DNA from: Candidatus Latescibacterota bacterium
Lineage (GTDB): Bacteria > Latescibacterota > UBA2968 > UBA8231
NCBI GenBank assembly: GCA_965203175.1
Contig: OZ241867.1
Coordinates: 2,144,001-2,208,000, forward strand
Reading direction: 5' to 3'
DNA length: 64,000 bases
Below the pieces are notes generated by a model. It did not search any database. It was not told the origin of the DNA and saw only the letters and a program-made list of their open reading frames with translations. Below are positions 29,527 through 36,691 of this stretch, one piece after another. Each line of letters begins with the position of its first letter. The stretch's first letter is position 1. The position numbers and the translations under genes are program-made.

Positions 29527-29553
29527 ACTTCAATGCCTTATTGAGGAGGAACC

Positions 29554-30438
29554 ATGGACAATTTGACTAAACGCACCTTGGGTCGCACGGGGCTCGAGGT
29601 CACCCAACTCGGCTTTGGAGCGGCTGAGCGCGGCTTGCCGGATGAGGCGGAGTACGACGGTCAGGCCGGCAGCGTCTTGAATGCGGCCCTCGATGCGGGG
29701 ATCAACCTCGTTGACACGGCCCCGGATTACGGCGCGAGCGAGGGGCGGGTCGGCAAGTACCTCGGCCATCGCCGCGACGAGTTTTTCCTTGCTACCAAGT
29801 GTGGCTGCAACATCGACGAGGATGGCAACAGGCTGGACCCAAACCACCTGTGGACGGCCGAGCGCCTGCGCACCAACATCAACCAGAGCCTGCGCCGCCT
29901 AAAGACCGACTGCGTGGATCTGCTACAGATGCACAATCCCACCGTGGAAGATGTTGAGTTGGGAGGACTGATCGAAGTGCTTGAGGATATTCGACAGGCG
30001 GGAAAGACTCGTTTCATCGGCGTGTCTTCCACGCTGCCGCACTTGGCCGCGTTCGTGGAGTCGGGTGCGTTTGATGTGTTTCAGATTCCCTACTCCGCCC
30101 TTGAGCGCCAGCACGAAAGGATGATTCAGCAAGCGGCCGACGTCGGCGCTGGCATTCTCATTCGCGGCGGCATTAGCTTGGGCCACCGAGCCAATGAGGA
30201 ACGCGAATCGAAGTGGGAGCAGTCCGGTCTCGACGAACTCATCGGCGGGATGAGTCGCCACGAGTTTATCCTGCGCTTCACCCTTGCGCATCCAGCGTGC
30301 CACACAACGATTGTCGGCACGACGAACCTCGAACACATGAAGTCCAATGTTGCTGCGGCCTTGGCAGGTCCATTGCCCGCGGATCTCTACGCAGAGGCAA
30401 AGGCTCGGCTGGCGAGTATTGGCGAGGAGCCGGAATAG
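29554..30438 (+). CDS. Aldo/keto reductase
   Basis: LGRTGL.V, DTAPDY, ATKCG, DLLQMH. Confidence 0.92.
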   Translation: MDNLTKRTLGRTGLEVTQLGFGAAERGLPDEAEYDGQAGSVLNAALDAGINLVDTAPDYGASEGRVGKYLGHRRDEFFLATKCGCNIDEDGNRLDPNHLWTAERLRTNINQSLRRLKTDCVDLLQMHNPTVEDVELGGLIEVLEDIRQAGKTRFIGVSSTLPHLAAFVESGAFDVFQIPYSALERQHERMIQQAADVGAGILIRGGISLGHRANEERESKWEQSGLDELIGGMSRHEFILRFTLAHPACHTTIVGTTNLEHMKSNVAAALAGPLPADLYAEAKARLASIGEEPE

Positions 30439-30473
30439 CTCTATCTGGCCTGGGAGCAGAGTCTCGTAAGCCT

Positions 30474-31493
30474 ATGCACTGGAATTCCCTAGACAAGCTC
30501 GTCGAGGAGTGCGCTTTCTCCGGCGTCGTCCGTGTTCGGCGACATGGCCAGACAATGTACGAGAGAGCTGCAGGGTTTGCCGATCGCGCCAACTCCATCG
30601 CCAACACCGCCGAGACGCGCTTTGGCATCGCTTCTGGAACGAAGCTGCTGACGGCATTGACCGTGGGTCGTCTCATCGACGCGGGTCGGCTGGCATTGAC
30701 TACGCAAGTGCGCGACTGCGTCTCAGTGGAGTTGCCGGATTACTCAGCGGCCATCACCATCCAGCATCTGCTTACCCACACCTCTGGGATTCCCGATTAT
30801 TACGACGAAGAGCTCATCGAGGATTTCGACAATTTCACCGTCGGCATACCCTGGTACGAGCTAAGAGGTCCGAAGGACTATCTGCCGGTGTTCCCACAAC
30901 GGGAGATGAAGTTTGCACCGGGGGAAGGGTTCTCGTACTGCAACAGCGGTTACATCCTGCTAGGTATAGTGGTAGAAGAGATAACGGGAAAGCGCTTTCA
31001 GGACGTCGTCGCCGAGGAGATCCTCGGACCAGCGAGAATGGATCGCTCTGGATTCTTCGCCATGAACCAACTGCCAGAATGCACGGCTCTTGGCTACATC
31101 GAAGACGGAGATAGCTGGCGGACGAACATCTACAACCTGCCCATTGTTGGGGCTTCGGACGGCGGTTTGGTCTCGACGCTGGCAGACATCGCGGCTCTCT
31201 GGGACGGGTTCTGGAACGGCGAGATCGTCTCCGAGGAATTGGTGCGCACCTTCAGTGCGCCTTTCGCCAATGCCAACGGCGATTCCGGTCTCCACTACGG
31301 ACATGGAATGTGGATTCGCAGACGCGCAGACGGAACTCTCCAGCACTATATCATGGGAGCGGATCCCGGTATTTCCTGCAAGTCTGCCATTGACTGTCAG
31401 CGGCAGTTGGACTACGCGGTTCTTGCGAACACTTCCGAAGGCGCGTGGCCGATTGCAAGGGCTATCGACGACGTTCTCGGAAAAGAGAAATAA
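30474..31493 (+). CDS. Serine hydrolase / beta-lactamase class C-like (PBP4* family)
   Basis: SGTK (SxxK), LLTHTSG, YCN; start taken at ATG 30474. Confidence 0.88.
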   Translation: MHWNSLDKLVEECAFSGVVRVRRHGQTMYERAAGFADRANSIANTAETRFGIASGTKLLTALTVGRLIDAGRLALTTQVRDCVSVELPDYSAAITIQHLLTHTSGIPDYYDEELIEDFDNFTVGIPWYELRGPKDYLPVFPQREMKFAPGEGFSYCNSGYILLGIVVEEITGKRFQDVVAEEILGPARMDRSGFFAMNQLPECTALGYIEDGDSWRTNIYNLPIVGASDGGLVSTLADIAALWDGFWNGEIVSEELVRTFSAPFANANGDSGLHYGHGMWIRRRADGTLQHYIMGADPGISCKSAIDCQRQLDYAVLANTSEGAWPIARAIDDVLGKEK

Positions 31494-31507
31494 AGCGATT
31501 GGGGGCC

Positions 31508-32278
31508 CTAACTGAGCATGGCGCGTTCTTCGTCGCTCATGTCGAGGATGTAATCGGGGACTTGCGTCTGATGGTAGCCGGGTGCGTGGGCTTGGAAGGA
31601 TGGACTGTACTTGTAGATCAGCGAGCGGCGCTGGTGTTTGCCCTGCCATACTAGCGTGCCGTGGGTCAGTGCTTCGGTGAAGATAATGGCGTCGCCGGCT
31701 TGGCTGTGGATCTCTTTGACGTACTCGCGGTGTTCTTCGTACAGGGACAGCTTCTCGGGCAGGGGGTAATTGGCTTTGTGGGATCCGGGTATGACCGCTA
31801 GGCCGCCGTCGCCGGGGCCTTCGTCGGCTAGCTGGAATTCGACTGCGGTCAAACCGCAGAACATCTGGCCGTATTTGAAGGTGTAGGTCTGCGAGAAGTC
31901 TTGGCGCTCAACGCCGCCACCGTGGAGGTAGTGGCCGCCGTCGCCTTTGTCCATGGCAATGAGCAAGGGGCCGTGGTCTAGACGGTAGCCGCCGCCGAGC
32001 AATTCGTTGAGATAGGGCTGGATTTTGGCGTGGACGAGTAGGTCGCGAAAAGGCTCGCAGTGCGGGCGTTCCCATTCCAACATGCCCTCCATCCACTTTT
32101 GCTTGTTCGCGCCGCCGAGAACCTTGGAGTTTCCTTCAAGGGTGCGCTCGGTCTGGAAAAAGCGGTCGGCGTGGGCGTCGATGGCGGCGTTGCAGCGGTC
32201 CACTTCCTCTTGGCTCAACACCCCTTTGAGGTGGACGAAGCCTTTGAGGTCGAAGAAGAATTTATCGTCGTCGTTCAT
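31508..32278 (-). CDS. PhyH family Fe/2OG enzyme, HxG variant
   Basis: FFFDLKGF, LHGG, PGSHK, FTEALTHG. Confidence 0.88.
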   Translation of the reverse strand: MNDDDKFFFDLKGFVHLKGVLSQEEVDRCNAAIDAHADRFFQTERTLEGNSKVLGGANKQKWMEGMLEWERPHCEPFRDLLVHAKIQPYLNELLGGGYRLDHGPLLIAMDKGDGGHYLHGGGVERQDFSQTYTFKYGQMFCGLTAVEFQLADEGPGDGGLAVIPGSHKANYPLPEKLSLYEEHREYVKEIHSQAGDAIIFTEALTHGTLVWQGKHQRRSLIYKYSPSFQAHAPGYHQTQVPDYILDMSDEERAMLS

Positions 32279-32296
32279 AGGGCTTTGGGTTAGCTT

Positions 32297-33073
32297 TTAG
32301 CGCGGCGGTCGGAGGAGGGCTTGTTGCTCCGGCGTCATGTCTTGGACGTAGGGCGGATACGATACTTCGGAGATAAGGGGGACGCGGGTTTGGTAGCGCG
32401 GGCAGTAGGAATAGAGCAGGGTGCGGCGCTGATGGTCCGCCTGCCAGACTAAGGTGCCGTGAATGGTGGTTTCGGCGAAGATCACCGCGTCGCCGGTGCG
32501 CACGTTGACTTCGACGACTTCGTCTTGGAAATCCTCGCAATCGCGCAGTGCTTCGGGAATCGGATAGTTGGCTTTATGGCCGCCGGGAACTACGGCCAAG
32601 CCGCCGGCGCCAGGGCCTTCGTCGGCCAGTGGGAATTCCACTAGGGTCAGGCTGTTGTAGATCTTGCCGAATTTCCAGTGATAGGTCAGCGAATAGGACA
32701 GCCGATCGAGTTGGCCGCCGTGGAGGTAGTGACCGGCGCAGCCTTTGTCCATCACAATTAGTCGCGGCCGGGTGGCCATGTGATAGTCGCCGATTATTTC
32801 GCGCAAGTAGGGTTTGAGGCGAGGGTGTACCATCAATTGGCGGAAGGGTTCGCAGTAGGGGCGCTTCCAGGCGACCATCTCATCGCTCCAGCGCTGCCGG
32901 ACGTCGCTGGCTAGGGCCTTGGACTCGCCTTCGAAGCGGCGCTCGTGGACCTCGATCTGGTTGTCGTAGTGATCGATGGCTTCGTTGCAGCGGCGGATGG
33001 TGTCTGGATCGACGACATCTCTGAGGACGAGGTAGCCGTTGAGGTCAAAGAAATACTTTTCGTCGTCTGTCAT
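32297..33073 (-). CDS. PhyH family Fe/2OG enzyme, HxG variant (tandem paralog)
   Basis: YFFDLNGY, LHGG, PGGHK, FAETTIHG. Confidence 0.88.
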   Translation of the reverse strand: MTDDEKYFFDLNGYLVLRDVVDPDTIRRCNEAIDHYDNQIEVHERRFEGESKALASDVRQRWSDEMVAWKRPYCEPFRQLMVHPRLKPYLREIIGDYHMATRPRLIVMDKGCAGHYLHGGQLDRLSYSLTYHWKFGKIYNSLTLVEFPLADEGPGAGGLAVVPGGHKANYPIPEALRDCEDFQDEVVEVNVRTGDAVIFAETTIHGTLVWQADHQRRTLLYSYCPRYQTRVPLISEVSYPPYVQDMTPEQQALLRPPR

Positions 33074-33223
33074 GCTTTACCCTTGGAAGCTCTTGACACG
33101 CCAATTCTACAGCATCACAAAGAATAGAAGCAAAGTCGGTGCCCAACAAGGCATCCGGCGTTATCGTCCCTGCCATTTGCCGCCGAAGTGAATTGAGAAG
33201 AGGGACTAGGCGGGACTATACCC

Positions 33224-33261
33224 TTGACGGATGCACTAAGGTCATATATCGTGAGATATAT
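33224..33261 (+). promoter_or_regulatory. vapBC promoter and operator
   Basis: TTGACG-N17-TATCGT overlapped by inverted repeat ATATATC-gtga-GATATAT. Confidence 0.65.
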
Positions 33262-33284
33262 CATTTTCCTAGGAGGAGAAAACG

Positions 33285-33527
33285 ATGAGTAAAACACCGG
33301 ATTACAAAGGTATTGCCAAGGTGTTCTGGAGCGGTCGCAGTCAGGCCATTCGCTTACCAGCGCCCTGTCGATTCGAAACCTCCGAAGTTGAGATAGTCAA
33401 GGAGGGCAACCAGCTCACCCTGCGTCCTCGTGGAAAAAACTGGCGAGCGTACTTCGACTCTGACTCGCGTGGCTCCTTACCAGCACGACACCAACCGCCG
33501 CTCGATGCGCGGGACGATATTCGCTGA
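33285..33527 (+). CDS. vapB: VapB antitoxin (AbrB/MazE fold)
   Basis: AKVFWSGRSQAIRLP. Confidence 0.92.
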   Translation: MSKTPDYKGIAKVFWSGRSQAIRLPAPCRFETSEVEIVKEGNQLTLRPRGKNWRAYFDSDSRGSLPARHQPPLDARDDIR

Positions 33528-33925
33528 TGTACATGCTGGATACCAATATCTGCATCTACGTCATCAACGAGCGGGATGATGCCCTGTGCGTGCGTTTTGA
33601 AGCGCACTCCGCCGAGATCTGCATCTCCTCGATCACGTACGCGGAGCTTTGTTACGGGGTCGCCAATTCGGCACGCATTGCGGAAAACTCGCGCGAGTTG
33701 GAGGCGTTTCGTCTCGATCTTGAGATTCTGCCCTTCGGCGTGGATGCGGCGGCGCATTACGGCGAGATTCGCCACGCGCTCAGGCAGAGCGGTCAACCCA
33801 TCGGCGCGAACGATCTCTTCATCGCGGCACATGCCCGCAGCCTAAATGCGACCCTCGTTACGAACGACCAAGGCGAATTCGGCCGCGTACCAAAACTACG
33901 GGTGGAGAACTGGTCTCGATCCTGA
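33527..33925 (+). CDS. vapC: VapC toxin (tRNA-fMet endonuclease-like)
   Basis: YMLDTNIC, ISSITYAEL, IGANDLFIAAHA, LVTND. Confidence 0.93.
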   Translation: MYMLDTNICIYVINERDDALCVRFEAHSAEICISSITYAELCYGVANSARIAENSRELEAFRLDLEILPFGVDAAAHYGEIRHALRQSGQPIGANDLFIAAHARSLNATLVTNDQGEFGRVPKLRVENWSRS

Positions 33926-33961
33926 CCTCCCGGACCTTCGACGACCGACTGGACAATCAAC

Positions 33962-34197
33962 TCGCAGTAGGGGGGCTCCCAGGCGACCATCTCGTCACTC
34001 CAGCGCTGTCGGATGTCGTTGGTCAGGGCCTTGGACTCGCCTTCGAAGCGGCGCTCGTGGATCTCGATTTGGCGTCGTAGTGATCGATGGCCTCGTTGCA
34101 GCGGCGGATGGTGTCTGGATCGACGACATCCCTGAGGACGAGATAGCCGTTGAGGTCGAAGAAGTGCTTTTCGTCGTCTGTCATGCTCTACTCTTGG
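33962..34197 (-). pseudogene. Frameshifted 5' fragment of phyH, direct repeat of 32850..33086
   Basis: About 91% identical by hand alignment over about 237 bp, with a 1-bp deletion; ATG at 34184. Confidence 0.9.
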
Positions 34198-34286
34198 TAA
34201 TGAGCTGCTCTGAAAATACAACCCTCGTGCCAGCGTGAGGTGCACGTCGTTGGAGAATTAACGATGAGTAGGGCAAGTGGGTGAGA

Positions 34287-34454
34287 TTAGCCACTCAACG
34301 CCCCCCATATTGCGATGCCGACCACCAGCCCCCAACATAAGAACATAATAGCGAGAAATATCCGCACATCTTTTTCGTCGCGGAGGTGGTCAGATCGCCA
34401 AGCAGTTTTCCAAGGACGCTTCTTGGGTTTGGGAAATCGAGGAGATTTGGACAT
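34287..34454 (-). CDS. 55-aa small membrane protein (below ORF-track cutoff)
   Basis: MSKSPRFPKPKKRPWKTAWRSDHLRDEKDVRIFLAIMFLCWGLVVGIAIWGALSG: basic N-terminus plus one C-terminal TM helix. Confidence 0.5.
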   Translation of the reverse strand: MSKSPRFPKPKKRPWKTAWRSDHLRDEKDVRIFLAIMFLCWGLVVGIAIWGALSG

Positions 34455-34516
34455 GGTAATTCTTTCGTCGGTTGAAAGTAGCCCACTACCTTACTCTTAG
34501 ATTTTTTCTAGTAAAT

Positions 34517-35008
34517 TCACTCTGGTGCTGGTTGCAAGCTGTCCAGTGCCTCTTGGAGAGCGGTGGTCAGGACCTCGGGCTCATCCGTGCCGATGCGGCA
34601 GGTCTTGCCGCTCTTCATTTTCAGCTCCACCGCCTCCACTCCCGAGACATTGTAGAGCCAGCCGTGGGGAGTCAGGCGGATGCCCAAGCCGTAGATCCAG
34701 GGGTTGCTCACCGGTCGGCAGGTGTCGATTTGATCGAGGGGGAAGCGCTTGCGGATCAGGCCGATGCCAAAGCGGATGCGGAGGTACTCGGCATCGATCT
34801 CGACCGTCAGGCTGGCGAACAGGGCCAAGACTATGGCGAGGAATACCACTATGCTGCCTAGCAGCGCGATGGTGGCTGTTTCGACCATCCACGCGGACGC
34901 GGGCAGGACGGCCAGCGGTATGGCGGCTGAGGCGATGAGGATGACGATGCCTGTACCGATGGTGACGACGATGACCTTGCCGAACTGGGTGTGGCGATAG
35001 GTGTTCAC
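34517..35008 (-). CDS. Small membrane protein (2 TM plus PH-like domain)
   Basis: GTG start overlaps upstream stop; G.GIR...GWLYNVSG...IGTDEP motif. Confidence 0.7.
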   Translation of the reverse strand: MNTYRHTQFGKVIVVTIGTGIVILIASAAIPLAVLPASAWMVETATIALLGSIVVFLAIVLALFASLTVEIDAEYLRIRFGIGLIRKRFPLDQIDTCRPVSNPWIYGLGIRLTPHGWLYNVSGVEAVELKMKSGKTCRIGTDEPEVLTTALQEALDSLQPAPE

Positions 35009-36066
35009 TGCATCTGATCCTGCCAGGGCTTGATCCACAGGCCCGTCAGCTTGCCGTCTTGGTCGAGGACAACGCGCACTTCGGGTGATGCGGTACTGTA
35101 CCGGCCTTTGAAGCGGTGGATCAGCAGGTGCGGCTGGCTTTCTATGGAGTGGGTCTCGACGAAGTCTAGGCCCTCAAAGGTGCCGAAGAGTTGCCGGAGT
35201 TGTTGGTAGCTGTGGCGCTGGACCTCCGCGGTAAAAGCTCTGCGAAATTTATCGGTGGCCTCCTCTGGTCCCAAGGCTTCAAAGCTACCCTGCTCGTGGG
35301 CTTGGAGGATCTGGGTGGCCAGTTGTGCAGCCAGATGGTGTTGTTCGGACTCTGTGCGAAGATGTTTCATTTCTGACTCCTCTGGAGTGGCCAGTTGTGC
35401 GGCCAGATGGCGTTGTTCGGACTGGACGGGTGCGCTGGCAACGGTCTGGGAGGTTGCGGTTCCCGGCAGCAGGCGTCCCGCTGCTCCGGTGGCGATCTCG
35501 CCTATGGCGATGGCGGCGATGAATACGGCAATGGCCCGACCACCGGCGACATTGCACGAAACGGCAAAGGCGCGGTACATCAGTAGTACTATCCAGACTA
35601 GCAGCAGTATCAGCACTAGGCCTACCGAACTTAGGAGGGCAAGCTGCGCGATGGAGAGATTCGAACTGCCTTGGGCAATCAAAGCCGTGATAAGGTCGCG
35701 AAAGGGTGGCAACATCACGATCAGGGCTATGAGCAGCCCAGGAGCCCGGGCTAGGGCTTGGGTGCCGAAGACATCGATGGGGCGCACGTGGCTGCGGCTA
35801 ATCAGGCGGCCGCCGATGTAGAGCAGGGCACTGAGGATGGCCCAGGCCATGAGGCCCTGCGCTATGGCGTGCCAGAGCGGGGCTGGGTCCGTGCGCTGGA
35901 AGGAAATCACGCCTGTGAAGCGATAATCGAAGATGCCGCCAAGCCAGGCAGTCAAAACAGTACATGCTAGGCCCCAGGCTAGGGCTTGGCCGCCGGCCAG
36001 GAAGTGAAAGGGATTGAACAGCCACAGGTGCCAAGCTGAGGTCGTGCGGGTTTGGAGAGCGTCCAT
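35005..36066 (-). CDS. YIP1-like membrane protein with C-terminal DUF3887-like domain
   Basis: LFNPF start, about 5 TM helices, C-term EVRVVLDQDGKLTGLWIKPW. Confidence 0.6.
   Translation of the reverse strand: MDALQTRTTSAWHLWLFNPFHFLAGGQALAWGLACTVLTAWLGGIFDYRFTGVISFQRTDPAPLWHAIAQGLMAWAILSALLYIGGRLISRSHVRPIDVFGTQALARAPGLLIALIVMLPPFRDLITALIAQGSSNLSIAQLALLSSVGLVLILLLVWIVLLMYRAFAVSCNVAGGRAIAVFIAAIAIGEIATGAAGRLLPGTATSQTVASAPVQSEQRHLAAQLATPEESEMKHLRTESEQHHLAAQLATQILQAHEQGSFEALGPEEATDKFRRAFTAEVQRHSYQQLRQLFGTFEGLDFVETHSIESQPHLLIHRFKGRYSTASPEVRVVLDQDGKLTGLWIKPWQDQMQ
35315..35423. repeat. 37-bp direct repeat at 72-bp spacing inside CDS
   Basis: 35315-35351 vs 35387-35423, encoding SEQ[RH]HLAAQLAT twice. 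Confidence 0.85.
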
Positions 36067-36093
36067 GGCGAGCTTCTTTCTATGAAATGCGCG

Positions 36094-36429
36094 TCACTCT
36101 TGCTCGACTTTGCCGAGATCGTCCTTTGGACTTCCCGCCTCCTCCAACGGTCCCAGTTGCTCGACGAGGGCGTCGAGGCGGTTGCGCAGAGTGGGGTAGG
36201 AGACACCGTAGAGTTTGGCCATGTGCTTGAGATTGCCGCCGGTCTGGAGGAAGCAGAGCACAAAGGTCTGGTCCTCTGGGGCAAGGCGGGCCAACGGCGG
36301 CAGGTCAAAACCGCCTAGCACGGCCGTATCGCACTCGGTACAGTCTAGGCGGGCGACCTGCAGGGCCGCGGAACAAGCCGGGCAATGGGTGGGCAAGCGT
36401 GGATTTTGCATTGGATCAGTATGATTCAT
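36094..36429 (-). CDS. DUF2089 family Zn-ribbon/HTH regulator
   Basis: CPAC..CTEC, GNLK.MA..YGVSYPTLRNRLD. Confidence 0.88.
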   Translation of the reverse strand: MNHTDPMQNPRLPTHCPACSAALQVARLDCTECDTAVLGGFDLPPLARLAPEDQTFVLCFLQTGGNLKHMAKLYGVSYPTLRNRLDALVEQLGPLEEAGSPKDDLGKVEQE

Positions 36430-36691
36430 TTTTATTCAATTAATTTTTGAATAAGTTAAAATATAATTATATATTACGCAATATAAATTTTGAAATATAC
36501 ATTCAAATGAATGGCGAGCTATACGCCGCGCTCCGGAAGCAGCAGCGATTCGACAAGGGATCTGTCGCTTACCGGGAAATCCTTGCCACGAGGGTAGGTT
36601 CATGGCATCTTACCCGAACTAGTGAAGTGGCGTCATCTGTAACTGCTACCGCTCCACGCTAATAAATCCCTTGAATCAAGGCTTTGTGACC

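Noticed and set aside
30213-30473. Long N-terminus of the beta-lactamase-like ORF
   Set aside because: Overlaps the aldo/keto reductase; ATG 30474 fits the family start
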